DNA of 38,178 nucleotides from a virus (IMGVR_UViG_3300044621_000538:1-38178), one strand, 5' to 3'. Shown: positions 11,301 to 19,483, numbered from the stretch's first letter. Translations and numbers: made by a program. Notes: generated by a model from the sequence alone, not told the origin.

Positions 11301-13633
11301 CACTGCAACTGGCCCAGACGACCCAGGACTTGCAAGGCTCCATCAACACCGTTGCCCAGCAAACCGCCCAGCAGATCGCAGCCGGTCAGCAGCAAACTGC
11401 CGAGCAAATCCAGGCCACCAAAGACAGCCTGTCGGCACAGATTGCCGCGAACGAGGCCGCTGGCCTTACCCGCGACGAGGCCACCACCAAGGCCATTGGT
11501 GACCTGTCCACTCAGATGGGTGTTGACCGTCAAACCCTGCTGAATCAACTGGGCACTACAGAACAGGGTCTGAGGCAAGAATTGACCGCTGGGCTGTCTG
11601 GGCTGTCCGAGGCCATGCAAGCGCAGTACAGCGCCCTTAATGCGGCTCAGAAGGCCCAATTTGATGCGATGGTGCAGCAGGGCACGGACATCAATGCCGC
11701 GATGGCTCAGGTTCAAGCTGGGCTGCAACAGCAAATTGGCGAACTTAGCCAAACGCAGTCGCAGCAGTACAACCAGCTTTCGCAGGGGCAGAAAGACCTG
11801 TACAGCCAACTTGTGGCGCAGGGCGCTACACAGTCCGACGCGCTTAATACGGCTGTTGCAAACTTGTCTCAGGAATTCCAGAACAAGCTCGCAGCCTCCG
11901 ATGCCGCCACACAGGCAGCGTTCGGACAGATGACTGCCGCCCAGCAGGCCGAAGCCCAGGCCCGTGTCCAGCAAGGACAGGACTTGCAGGCAGCGATCAC
12001 CGCATCTCAGCAGGCGACCCAACAGCAAATCACTGGTGGGCTTGAGGCGCTGTCTCAGGACTTCCAAGGCAAGCTGGCGGCGTCTGATGCTGCTACGCAA
12101 GCGGCTTTTGCCCAGATGACAACCGCGCAGCAGGCGGAGACTCAGGCTCGCGTTCAACAGGGTCAAGACCTACAGTCCGCAATCTCTGCATCGTCTGAAT
12201 TGGCCGCGCAGCAGTTGGCTCAGACCCAGGCGGCACTTGAGGGTCAGTTGTCAGCCCAGGGCAAGCAGTTCTTCGATGCGCTGCGCCAGCAGGGTCTGGA
12301 CTACGGCACGGCCTTACAGCAGGCGGTTGCCGCTCAGAACGAGCAGATTGCCGCCGGTCAGAGAGACTTGAGCGGGCAGATCGGCGCTTTGGGTCAGGCA
12401 ACCCAGCAGCAGTACGCAAACCTGACGGCGGCGCAGCAGAAGGAGGTTGCCGACCGGGTTGCTCAAGGCGAATCTCTGCAAAACGCAATTGCTGCATCGC
12501 AACAAGCAACTCAGGAACAGATCAGCGCAGCCCAAAGGCAGGCTCAGGAGCAGTACAACTCTCTGTCGGCGGCACAGAAAGCCGAAACGGATGCCCGTGT
12601 TGCACAGGGCCAGAGCCTGCAAAGCGCCATCAGCGATGTTCAGTCTGGCCTGACCCAGCAAATCACGCAGCAGGGCCAACAGACCCAGCAGCAAATCAGC
12701 GCCTTGTCGCAGCAGACGCAAGACCAGTACAGGGCTTTGACGACCGCCCAGCAGGCAGAGGTGAATGCGCGGGTTGCTCAGGGGCAGTCTTTCGACGCCG
12801 CGATTGCCGGGGTCGGCGGGCAACTGTCGTCCTTGCAGCTTGAACTGGAAGCCCAAAAGTCAGCGGATGAGGCATACAGGAAGGATCAGGCTGAAAAAGC
12901 TGCCGCAGCCTCCGCCAAGGCTGCTGAAGACGCCAGGAGGTCTTCTCAAACCGGCATTCTTTCTGGTTTGGCTGGGATAGGGGCGGCAGCGGGCGCGGAA
13001 GAAGCAAGAAAATCTCTTCAGCCTCGTTTTTTAACAAGCAAGGGTGGAGACACCAAATTCAAGGGGCTTCTGGAGGAGTTCCAACAGGAAGTTGAAGGAG
13101 CGCCAAATATGCCGGACAATACAGGTAATCGCCAACAAGGTAGCGATATGTCTCCATACTACAGTTACGGGAATGAAACGTCCCTCGACCAAATTCTTGG
13201 TCAGGATGACAGCCCGGACTTTTCTCAAAACTTTGCAAGCGGCGGTCTGGCTACCCCACTGATGGCTGGCGGAGGCACGACGGGCACCCGATATGGCCGC
13301 TACGCCGCAGGCGGGATGCCCTCTCCTTTGATGGCCGCAGGCGGCAAGATGCGGGTTGATTTCCGTCGCGGGGACGCTGTGACTGGGCCTGGAGACGGGC
13401 AGTCTGACGACATTCCTGCGATGCTGGCTGACGGAGAGTTTGTGTTTCCTGCTGACGTTGTGGCCGCAATCGGCAACGGCTCAACCAAGGCTGGTTCTGA
13501 CAAGCTGTACGACATGATGCACAGCATTCGCGCTCATGTCAGGTCGGCAAAACCCAAAGACCTCCCTCCCGAAATCAAATCTCCGCTGGATTTCCTCAAG
13601 GCCAGCAAAACCAGCAAGAAAAGGAGCGCGTAA
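5384..13633 (+). CDS. giant (2749 aa) internal virion / DNA ejection protein
   Basis: Gly/Ala hydrophobic N-terminus, long Gln/Ala coiled-coil repeats, C-terminal GPGDGQSDDIPAMLADGEFV motif resembling tape-measure C-termini. Confidence 0.75.
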   Translation: MPAVPFIAVALGASGALAAGGAAIASAIGLGTVSAAAATAIGAGAFSAAATAIQGGDASDVLKSAVLGGVTSFAGSAIAGSIGEAVRADAILNGTDVGIANAMGKVIGGAAAGAVSSGTSALLSGKDPIEALLKGGLTAAMSTGIGVSVDALLKDVPALAAPANNTEAAIQRAMKAAIGTAIVSGGNPDAIGMSVLNSFASTAGQLIGAQLKDSSSQLRTANQRFTEDEIAYRENLSQQEKLVNDYNAKVQDLKPQYDNIQNLISEYDRLAGGYNNYDSYMRSQGYTQLGGERDYEGNEAPTYYAKRVYQPERQMSGYDADGYFVTWTQPAGYDWQKASSYEDRQSLYDRAKAIDAQATAAVKEYTEKSKALEPIKQQLDALKAQVDPLGKKLVDSKTNLETAVADFNQTEASNAALVKTQLDNFTAARDQYKEEFGVEPTEDQLKDFAKTGDILGTVSKLVADNNNEQVANAAGFESYADYTAAGNISPNDYYAKQQGWQDYAQKLNAVASGYNDPNQWNTYINNQQAATSAGFLSYEDYQSAGETPANDFYAKKDGWGSYAEKQQAEDSGFRNPAAWNTHVVEVKNQDAAKAAGFPDYETQVRFGNDINEYKAVQEGWQSLGAKQAAAGYEITSPEKYQEFMSGKTEEDKVVQMLQERGIPATPERVADIMKSWDFNPTTPNVGFSDAFNQSDKLNISNSRADSVQEAAALAKSLGYSTFSFGGDEYKLNTAAPTQNPYDSFATFGEAFKAARQDLGDGQVFQWTNPQTGKTGYFTTNLAGEKVTDGGFDATVTQSAKSRLLENLGDWRANPADLNAKDMAKFVDQFANASPAQRASLLNGSNSLTFKVINDALTTQKAVIDNTEEAIKSGRLDLSKPIEGTGSIKASDVTNYKQILSSIGTSIATDITSTALSGANIVGSALGLDTNGIEKTQKLLSTDKNKQMDKLVGLEKNAAAGFASAIESAFSFALGGAPAAIGVLTSFAANNAWLEGKEAGLSNQDNAIRTATMAAIEAAGEAIGIPGLSRLMKGVPMTGNPAEIVNSVKNISLAMGNQQISELASTAASFAVDKVASFGLGKNATYQDFADALKDTVLTTAFAVGGTGTIGQASRALQSASTEPTTQLWSQNLPDEIWNRIKDAGVSQSEVDSLKSNLRESFGSENYNVQKIQENFENKLKEAGFTDQEISRIAEPAAVDVIADQAKASLEKAGVPKDYVDMLGDLSAKEIYSNRDLPSAFNNLATVFQAYGFDPIQANLITNQTLTGTDVKQVVTDQLKAQGYTPTQAEIDNLVSQNAAALPAAITSSVSDYTGPRTVTKDEAKASLVAAGIANPTEAQVNALVGQYDQNLLQSKANSTAGDISTQLSSAEKASFDRDAALSKTLNDISAQVTANQNAGMNSDQALQNAITQVATNLGTTKEDLLKQVGQTEQGLKDQIAGLQQKTSQDIAGVQTQLGVVESTLAQKIADNEASGMARDQAIEKAVSEVAQSVGQSKTDLLALIGQTQENLTQQYASGQLQLEGKLSTLDAASQQRYQALSEDQKLQAAQMAQQGKDLTQAINDVSVASQQQITGVESKLSAAIEAAKQSGLQGDAALQSAINTVAGDLGTTKEALLAQIGTTEAGLRQEFATQIGGVQTQIGDVKSSLEQAIKDAQASGLQGDQALQSAIDSVASNLGTTKEALLTQIGSSESQLRSEMQAGQALTSSQIAGLESQLTEQGRSLVAELQQQGVSYQQALSDAIAAQNAQITAGQEQTAQQIAGVKDSLTAQITANEAAGLSRDEATTKAINDLSTQMGVDKDSLLTQLGTTEQALRNELQSGLEGVTKTFQDQYNALSATQKAQFDAMVEQGASTQAALAQVQAGLQEQITSGQQQTAEQIAALNQSLSDRIAANEASGLTRDQAINKAVQDVAASVGTTKESLLAQIGQTEAGLQQQFAAGQAQTQAQIAQLDAATQEKFAQMTEAQKAQALQLAQTTQDLQGSINTVAQQTAQQIAAGQQQTAEQIQATKDSLSAQIAANEAAGLTRDEATTKAIGDLSTQMGVDRQTLLNQLGTTEQGLRQELTAGLSGLSEAMQAQYSALNAAQKAQFDAMVQQGTDINAAMAQVQAGLQQQIGELSQTQSQQYNQLSQGQKDLYSQLVAQGATQSDALNTAVANLSQEFQNKLAASDAATQAAFGQMTAAQQAEAQARVQQGQDLQAAITASQQATQQQITGGLEALSQDFQGKLAASDAATQAAFAQMTTAQQAETQARVQQGQDLQSAISASSELAAQQLAQTQAALEGQLSAQGKQFFDALRQQGLDYGTALQQAVAAQNEQIAAGQRDLSGQIGALGQATQQQYANLTAAQQKEVADRVAQGESLQNAIAASQQATQEQISAAQRQAQEQYNSLSAAQKAETDARVAQGQSLQSAISDVQSGLTQQITQQGQQTQQQISALSQQTQDQYRALTTAQQAEVNARVAQGQSFDAAIAGVGGQLSSLQLELEAQKSADEAYRKDQAEKAAAASAKAAEDARRSSQTGILSGLAGIGAAAGAEEARKSLQPRFLTSKGGDTKFKGLLEEFQQEVEGAPNMPDNTGNRQQGSDMSPYYSYGNETSLDQILGQDDSPDFSQNFASGGLATPLMAGGGTTGTRYGRYAAGGMPSPLMAAGGKMRVDFRRGDAVTGPGDGQSDDIPAMLADGEFVFPADVVAAIGNGSTKAGSDKLYDMMHSIRAHVRSAKPKDLPPEIKSPLDFLKASKTSKKRSA
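6780..7310 (+). repeat. three ~60-aa tandem repeats inside the giant protein
   Basis: Unit AxxAGFxxYxxY...NxYxAxxxGWxxxxxKxxAxxxGxxxPxxW occurs three times, the third more diverged. Confidence 0.8.
9500..12850 (+). repeat. nested Gln-rich coiled-coil repeat array in the giant protein
   Basis: Recurrent LGTTKExLLxQIGxTE, ANEAAGLxRDEATTKAI (10709 and 11450, 741 bp apart) and AAQQAExxARVxQGQxLQxAI units. Confidence 0.85.
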
Positions 13634-14652
13634 TGGCACTTACTACGGGAAGCCCGCTGCCGGATGTAACGCAGACAACTACCGCAACAACCGAAGCCCC
13701 TGGGTATTTCACAAACTACCTGTCGGGCCTCGCGCAGAGCGGTCAGTCCGCTATGTATCAGCCTGGGACGTTTGACCCAACCAAGGGCACGGGAACCCTG
13801 AAGACGGGCACCGATCTTGTGGCTGGGTATGACCCGATGCAGACCTCTGGCTACGGTCAGTTTGAGTCTGCCGCAAGCGCGTACAAGCCTGGGCTGGAGA
13901 CCGCCAAAACCAATTTGGGCTATGGCGCTGACATCTCCGAGGGGGACATCACCAAGTTCATGAATCCGTACACGCAAAACGTGACGGATGAGATGGCTCG
14001 CCTGTCTCAACAGAACCTGCAACGCAACCTTCTGCCGACGATGAAGGCAGGCTTTGTTGGCTCTGGTGCTTTGGGCAGTCAACGCTACGCCAACGCCCTG
14101 GGGCAATCGATGGCTGACGTTCAGTCGAACCTGACCGGCCAACAATACGGCGCTCTGTCCGCTGGCTACAAGCAGGCTCTGGACGCAGCGATGCAAGAAG
14201 CCGGTCTCCAACAGAAGGCTGCGGGCATGGGTGCAGAGATGGCGGGCCAGGAACAGACCTTCGGCCTTGGTGGCGCTAAAGCATTGACGCAAGCTGGAGC
14301 CGAACGTCAGGCATATCAGCAATCGTTGCTTGATGCCCCGCTTAAACAAGCCTCCAACGCTGCTGCGCTGATGCGTGGGTATCAGGTGCCAGTAACAACC
14401 ACCGAGCGATTTGTCGGGCCAAAGGCTGGGCTGTACTCCAAGTCTCCATTGGAAAATGTATTTGGTATTGGCGCATTGTTGGGCAGCGCGAAAAAAGATT
14501 CGCTGCTCGATTCTTTGGGCCAAAGCGTTATTGGAAAACTATTCTCCGGCGGATCATCCGGCGGGACATCCGGCGGAACAGACATTACACCCCCGACTGA
14601 GGATTACACGATTCCAGACTGGCTGTACGAAGACTACGATCCATATTCTTGA
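13633..14652 (+). CDS. internal virion / ejection protein
   Basis: 339 aa; FMNPYTQNV and GALGSQR motifs typical of podovirus pilot/ejection proteins; TAATG coupling. Confidence 0.65.
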   Translation: MALTTGSPLPDVTQTTTATTEAPGYFTNYLSGLAQSGQSAMYQPGTFDPTKGTGTLKTGTDLVAGYDPMQTSGYGQFESAASAYKPGLETAKTNLGYGADISEGDITKFMNPYTQNVTDEMARLSQQNLQRNLLPTMKAGFVGSGALGSQRYANALGQSMADVQSNLTGQQYGALSAGYKQALDAAMQEAGLQQKAAGMGAEMAGQEQTFGLGGAKALTQAGAERQAYQQSLLDAPLKQASNAAALMRGYQVPVTTTERFVGPKAGLYSKSPLENVFGIGALLGSAKKDSLLDSLGQSVIGKLFSGGSSGGTSGGTDITPPTEDYTIPDWLYEDYDPYS

Positions 14653-14661
14653 GGGTAAATC

Positions 14662-16242
14662 ATGGCAAGTCCATTGACCACAGCATTGAAACCAAACGTC
14701 AGCGCGGGCGATGATGCTGAACAGAAATATCAGGAGGCTCTATCACAACTGATGGAGCGGCTTGATACGCGCAAAAACCGGATGTTTGATCCGACGCTGT
14801 TGGCAATGGCGCAGGGATTCCTTGGCCCAACTCAAACCGGCAGCTTTGGGGAGGCTCTTGGTCGTGCCGCTGAAAAGGTTGGCGTAGCCCAACAGCAGCA
14901 ACAGAAAGAGGATGTAGACATCGCTCAGTTGCGCCTACAAGTCGCACAAGGCGCTCGTGATCAGGCCGCTAGGCTCAAAGGCCAGCAGGCATTTCGCGGG
15001 CTTTTGGGCGGTCAAACAGAAGGCGCTCCGGCTGCTGGAGGCGCTCCTGCCGTCGGAGCGGCTACTGCCCAGGGGGCGGCCCCTGCGGCTGGTGCGCCCG
15101 CAACCGGCGCACCTTCCAAAGAAGGCCGACAAATTACGATGCAAGATGCATTGGCCTTCGCTGCCGCCTTCCCTGATCAAAAGGAAATGGCAAAGCTACT
15201 TGCTGACGCCGCAAAATTTAACAGTGACGATTTTCTTATTTCTCAAAACGGGACTGTTTTCCAAAAGAGCACCAAAAAATACATAACAGAAATTCCTCCC
15301 GGACAGACCGCATCAGAATATTACGTCCCCGAACTTGGAGAGGGCAGAACCCTCAGAATGACTCCGAGTCAATATTCCAAATATCAAGAGGCTCGGGCCG
15401 CAGGTGTTGGCCGTGATTGGGTTGCAGACTTCACCTCGCCAACCGGAGGCAAGAAAGCGACTCCGGCAACAGAGCTTCCGCCGCCAAAAAGCGAAAGCGA
15501 AAAGGCTGCTCAAGCGGCTGCGGCGACAGAGCTTGCCACAAAAGGGGCAACATCTGAGGCTCAAAGAACAAACTCTGTTTTGGATGCGGGCCGAGCGGCC
15601 CGAGGGCTTGTTCCCATCTACGACAGTATGCTGACATCCATCCGCAAGCCTGGGATGGAGAAAGTCATGGGCGTTCTTGAGCGCGGCGATGTCCAGTCTG
15701 CAATTGGCTCGTTGATTGAAGAAGCCTTCCGTGTTGGAAATTTCAGCATTGGCATTCCAGCAATCAGGAAGGTTTTGGCTCAAAGCGGAGTTGATCAGCG
15801 AATCATTGATGAAGCCGCGCAGCTTGGTCAAATGATGGCTATGACGCAGTTCCAGCAGCGGCAGGGTCTTGGCTCAGGAACGTCTGTTTCTAACTTTGAG
15901 CAGCAGATGGTCAACGCAATGGGGCCATCATTTTCAGACACAGTCGCTTCTTTTGAAAAGAAAGTTCGATTCATGCGCGAATCGGATCAATTCAAAATTG
16001 AGCTTGCCAAAGCAATCAGGCAAAAAAACACAACTTACGACAAGTTTGAGGACACAAAAGAGTTTGAGGAAATGTTTGCTGATTACCGCAAGCGTGTTGA
16101 AGACATCGTTCGTAGCGGTGGTATGCCTCCTGCTCAACGACGGCCCGCAGCCGCGCCTGGAGCCTCTGCGCCTACTCCTGGGGGCAGGCCGTCAAATCCG
16201 GCAGCAGACGCTCTGCGTAGACAGTTGGGGATTCCGCAATGA
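14662..16242 (+). CDS. internal virion / ejection protein
   Basis: 526 aa, helical, Ala/Pro linkers, GxVSNFE motif; position in the ejection block. Confidence 0.6.
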   Translation: MASPLTTALKPNVSAGDDAEQKYQEALSQLMERLDTRKNRMFDPTLLAMAQGFLGPTQTGSFGEALGRAAEKVGVAQQQQQKEDVDIAQLRLQVAQGARDQAARLKGQQAFRGLLGGQTEGAPAAGGAPAVGAATAQGAAPAAGAPATGAPSKEGRQITMQDALAFAAAFPDQKEMAKLLADAAKFNSDDFLISQNGTVFQKSTKKYITEIPPGQTASEYYVPELGEGRTLRMTPSQYSKYQEARAAGVGRDWVADFTSPTGGKKATPATELPPPKSESEKAAQAAAATELATKGATSEAQRTNSVLDAGRAARGLVPIYDSMLTSIRKPGMEKVMGVLERGDVQSAIGSLIEEAFRVGNFSIGIPAIRKVLAQSGVDQRIIDEAAQLGQMMAMTQFQQRQGLGSGTSVSNFEQQMVNAMGPSFSDTVASFEKKVRFMRESDQFKIELAKAIRQKNTTYDKFEDTKEFEEMFADYRKRVEDIVRSGGMPPAQRRPAAAPGASAPTPGGRPSNPAADALRRQLGIPQ

Positions 16243-17804
16243 ACAAAATGGATTGGCTTGACAGCCTTACTCCCCAGCAACTGCATCTTGCGGACATGAT
16301 TGTCCATAAGGCGCAAAAAGAAGGTGTTGATCCAAAACTTGCGCTTGCTCTTGCTTTTCGTGAGAGCAGTCTCAAGCACGGTAGCTTTGAAAAAGACAAG
16401 AGCGACAAACTTGTTTTCAAACCAACCACCGGCAAGTCTGGCGAGATCGGCTTGATGCAGGTCATGCCAGAAACCGCCAAGACCTTTGGATACAAACCAG
16501 AAGACCTGAACAATCTCGAAAAGAACATGGAGATTGGCATCAGGATTTTGAAGTCGCACATGGGCCAATTCAATGACCCGTTGCTGGCTGCTGCTGCTTA
16601 CAACGCTGGCCCCAACCACCCGTACTTCCAAGACCCCAAAAATCCGCTGCCAGATTCAACCCAGCAATACCTGAAAGACATTAACCAGTTGGGTGGCTTT
16701 CAAAAAATTGCACCCGTCGAAGAAGAGCAAGGTGCCGAGACAGAAGAGCCTCCTGCCGAGCCTCCGGTTGATTTCAGGCAGCAACTGAATGAGTACGGCC
16801 CAGGCGCTGGGGGTGCGGTGGTTGGCGCTGCTGTTGGATCAAAGCTGGCCTCCAATAAAAATATGCAGCAAGGGGCACAGTTCTTTGCGAACATGATGAG
16901 GCAGCAAGGCGGTTTCCCCGGCGCTGGGCCTTCCCAAGCCCCCGGCGGTATGCCTGGGGCCGCGCCTGGGATGGGTGGCCCAATGCAGGGCGGCGCAGCG
17001 CCTCTGTCGGCCATTCCCTCTGGTGGCCCAGACGCAGGCAGGCTTGCTCGCGGGCAGACCGGCACGATGCCCTACAACTACGCCAAGGCCGCTGGCCTGA
17101 CGGACATTGAGGCTGGCCGCGCTCTGGATATGACCAAGCAAACTGGTGGCGTTCACGACCTGACGACCCAGCGCAGAGAAGGTATGCAGCGAATCCAGCA
17201 GCTTTTCCCAACAGAGAGGTACGTTGAGAATCCTCGCTTTGGCGGGCTGATGACGCCTGATATGAGTGTAGGCAGCGGCCCACGGCAGTCTTTTGCCGTG
17301 CAAGGCCCAATACGGGATGTACCCCCAGGAACAATTGGGGGGCCAGCAGCGCCACCGCCGGAGGGTTCGTTGCGACCTCTGCCGCCCAGGGTTCCCATTC
17401 CATCGACGCCGCCCGCTCCGCCAACTCCAAGCCTGCTGGACGATGCCATTGCCAAGCTCGGGCAGATTGCCAGGGGCGCATTGAGTGTCGTGAACGCCCC
17501 GCCAGTTGCTGGCGCTCTTGGTGGATACAGCGCCGCCACAAGCGGTGTAGAGGCATTTGAGCGCAGCCAGAAGGGTGACAAGCCTGGAGCCGCTGCCGCT
17601 GGTGTAGGAACGCTTGGCGTCCTGAGCGCAATACCTCATCCCGTGCCGCGAGCCGTTGGTTTTGGCGCATCCGCCATCTCACCGTTGACCCTGATGATGA
17701 TGGACAAGTATCGCAAGATCAAGGCAGAACCCGCCCCACCGCCAGCAAGCCCAGAAGAGATGTATCAGGCAAGGCAACCGGCGTTCACGGCCCAGAGACC
17801 CTGA
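16239..17804 (+). CDS. virion-associated lytic transglycosylase (SLT domain) protein
   Basis: ALAFRESS (catalytic E), GLMQVMPETA and AAAYNAGP motifs in the N-terminal ~155 aa; Pro/Gly-rich remainder. Confidence 0.88.
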   Translation: MNKMDWLDSLTPQQLHLADMIVHKAQKEGVDPKLALALAFRESSLKHGSFEKDKSDKLVFKPTTGKSGEIGLMQVMPETAKTFGYKPEDLNNLEKNMEIGIRILKSHMGQFNDPLLAAAAYNAGPNHPYFQDPKNPLPDSTQQYLKDINQLGGFQKIAPVEEEQGAETEEPPAEPPVDFRQQLNEYGPGAGGAVVGAAVGSKLASNKNMQQGAQFFANMMRQQGGFPGAGPSQAPGGMPGAAPGMGGPMQGGAAPLSAIPSGGPDAGRLARGQTGTMPYNYAKAAGLTDIEAGRALDMTKQTGGVHDLTTQRREGMQRIQQLFPTERYVENPRFGGLMTPDMSVGSGPRQSFAVQGPIRDVPPGTIGGPAAPPPEGSLRPLPPRVPIPSTPPAPPTPSLLDDAIAKLGQIARGALSVVNAPPVAGALGGYSAATSGVEAFERSQKGDKPGAAAAGVGTLGVLSAIPHPVPRAVGFGASAISPLTLMMMDKYRKIKAEPAPPPASPEEMYQARQPAFTAQRP

Positions 17805-17879
17805 TAAGATTGCCCTCCCGCTCTTGCAGTTGCCACTTCTCCAAGAGCATTGCCCCGGCCCTTGAGCCGGGGTTTTTTT
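17802..17879 (+). ncRNA. predicted ~60-nt small RNA with its own promoter and terminator
   Basis: TGaTAAGAT extended -10 (17802-17810); hairpin GCTCTTG/CAAGAGC (17820-17848) with 15-nt loop CAGTTGCCACTTCTC; followed by an intrinsic terminator. Confidence 0.5.
17853..17879 (+). terminator. rho-independent terminator ending the late operon
   Basis: CCCCGGC-CCTTGA-GCCGGGG followed by T7, at the convergence of the + and - operons. Confidence 0.9.
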
Positions 17880-18102
17880 ATGCGTGACCGCCCACCTCAC
17901 TGAGCAAAAGCATGGCTTTCTGGCTCGATGAGTTGACCATATCAATCGCAGCTTCATAGCCAGCCTCCCAGATCAACTGAAAAAGTTTTGCCTTTTCAGT
18001 CTCTTCGGTGCGCCAGCCTTGGTCGTACAGATTTGCATGGGTCAAGATGTCTTCCTGATTCCAGTGCAACTCTCCGTCTTCACCTATTTTTAACAGGATC
18101 AT
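17878..18102 (-). CDS. hypothetical protein
   Basis: 74 aa, GGAGAAAG RBS upstream; last gene of the leftward operon. Confidence 0.75.
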   Translation of the reverse strand: MILLKIGEDGELHWNQEDILTHANLYDQGWRTEETEKAKLFQLIWEAGYEAAIDMVNSSSQKAMLLLSEVGGHA

Positions 18103-18123
18103 AACTTTCTCCCTCGTGAGGAG

Positions 18124-18345
18124 TTACAGGAGTCCTGATTGTCGAGCAGCATCCACCTCATCGTCAACCCTGTTCAAAGAAGCTCTGTCGGCTATCCAGT
18201 AGCTTCCCCTGGCAATAGATTCCCGAAGTTCGTAATACCGCTTGGCGTCTTCCTGCATTCTCCTGAGCATTTCAAGGAATACAGGAAGTTGAGAGTCAGT
18301 CCATCCTGGCCCAAAAAGCTCATCAATGAACTGATCTCGTGTCAT
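18124..18345 (-). CDS. hypothetical protein
   Basis: MTRDQFIDELFG..., ATGA-coupled to the upstream gene. Confidence 0.7.
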   Translation of the reverse strand: MTRDQFIDELFGPGWTDSQLPVFLEMLRRMQEDAKRYYELRESIARGSYWIADRASLNRVDDEVDAARQSGLL

Positions 18346-18563
18346 CCATATGCTCGCTTTTCTTGTAGTGCTTTTGCAACATGGGTGTTCAAGGAGTTCA
18401 CGAACTTGATGCACTCCTCTCGTTCTTTCTTGGCGATTTGAGCCTCTGCCGCTTTGGCAAAAGCATCACCCAGCTTGACCAAGTCTTCGGTCAGGAAGTT
18501 GTATTCGCCTTCCAACCAAGTTTTGCGGAAGACCTCGACGGCCTCTTTTTCATTGAAGTACAT
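18342..18563 (-). CDS. hypothetical protein
   Basis: MYFNEKEAVEVF...KEREECIKFV; start 2 nt after the previous stop. Confidence 0.7.
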   Translation of the reverse strand: MYFNEKEAVEVFRKTWLEGEYNFLTEDLVKLGDAFAKAAEAQIAKKEREECIKFVNSLNTHVAKALQEKRAYG

Positions 18564-18565
18564 GA

Positions 18566-18715
18566 TCAGAAGCAGTTGGTTGTGCAGTTGGAGCCGTAGC
18601 AGCACGTTGTGCAAATCACAGTTCTGCCGTTGACAAAGTAGGTGTGGGTCGAGCAACTTGCCCAGACCAGTGCGCTAGTTGAAGCCAGCCAAATTCCAAT
18701 GAGAGCTTTTTTCAT
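18566..18715 (-). CDS. secreted cysteine-rich mini-protein (49 aa)
   Basis: Manual translation: MKKALIGIWLASTSALVWASCSTHTYFVNGRTVICTTCCYGSNCTTNCF*. GAGG RBS, Sec-type signal peptide, 6 Cys; exactly fills the gap between neighbours. Confidence 0.8.
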   Translation of the reverse strand: MKKALIGIWLASTSALVWASCSTHTYFVNGRTVICTTCCYGSNCTTNCF

Positions 18716-18721
18716 GATTCC

Positions 18722-19483
18722 TCACTTGTGTTGATTTTTGATCTGCCAGAACTTCAGCAGGCTTTGGAACATCTCCCAACCCCTTGCGAGGTCTTCCTGA
18801 GACCATTCCTTGATGACCACCAGCCCAGGCTGGGTGGCAGAAACAAACACATTCGCGCAGACGGCGGTGGGTAGGCCAAGTCCTACACGGTACGCCGCAA
18901 GCTGCATCATGTGTTCGTCGTATGCATCGACCTTCTTCGGGTCGGTGAATTCCTTGGACTTGATGTCCAGCACCAGATTGGCTTCTTTGCTGTGCAGGTC
19001 AACCTTGCCGCCAAACCCTAGCTCATGGGCAAAGGCTTTCTCAGGCTCAAACCGGGTGACGTTGTACGCCTCCTCAATCTCCCTGTAGACGCCCACCTGA
19101 TAGTCAACCATCTCCGCCATCATGACGCCGTTGTAGAACGACTCGACGGCCTCGTGGATACGGGTGCCTCGCTCGGCTGCTTTCTTGCCCTGCTCCTTGG
19201 AGTCCACGACGACCCGGTCGATGAACGATTTCTCGTCCTCATCCGGGGCGCGTGGAAGGGTAAGAGCCGCCAGAAGCAGTTGCTCCTGCTTCCAACGCTC
19301 TAAACCGGGCTTGGCGGCGACATTTAGGATGGTGGTGACCGAGGGCACCAAACTCATCTTTCGTGCGTCTGCGAGGGTTGTGGCCCTCTCGTTGCCATTC
19401 TTGGCCGTGACGGTGTACTGGGGGGTTCCGTCACGCTGATACCAATGCAATGACTCCGACGCTCTAGCCACAATTGATGTCAT
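18722..19483 (-). CDS. PD-(D/E)XK exonuclease-like protein (RecB/Cas4-like fold)
   Basis: PSVTTIL, RGTRIH, E...GGKVD...LDIKS and QLAAY motifs. Confidence 0.85.
   Translation of the reverse strand: MTSIVARASESLHWYQRDGTPQYTVTAKNGNERATTLADARKMSLVPSVTTILNVAAKPGLERWKQEQLLLAALTLPRAPDEDEKSFIDRVVVDSKEQGKKAAERGTRIHEAVESFYNGVMMAEMVDYQVGVYREIEEAYNVTRFEPEKAFAHELGFGGKVDLHSKEANLVLDIKSKEFTDPKKVDAYDEHMMQLAAYRVGLGLPTAVCANVFVSATQPGLVVIKEWSQEDLARGWEMFQSLLKFWQIKNQHK

Noticed and set aside
9110-12856. Long minus-strand ORFs opposite the giant gene
   Set aside because: These are antisense shadows of biased, repetitive Gln/Ala codons, with Leu-rich non-protein-like translations and no RBS.
14544-14577. Short tandem repeat TCCGGCGG(A/G)(T/A)CA
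   Set aside because: It encodes a Ser/Gly linker (SGGSSGGTSGGT); no evidence of a separate function.
18722-19483. Cas4 of a CRISPR system
   Set aside because: It lacks the four-Cys Fe-S pattern and sits beside an SSB-like gene, as expected for a phage recombination exonuclease.
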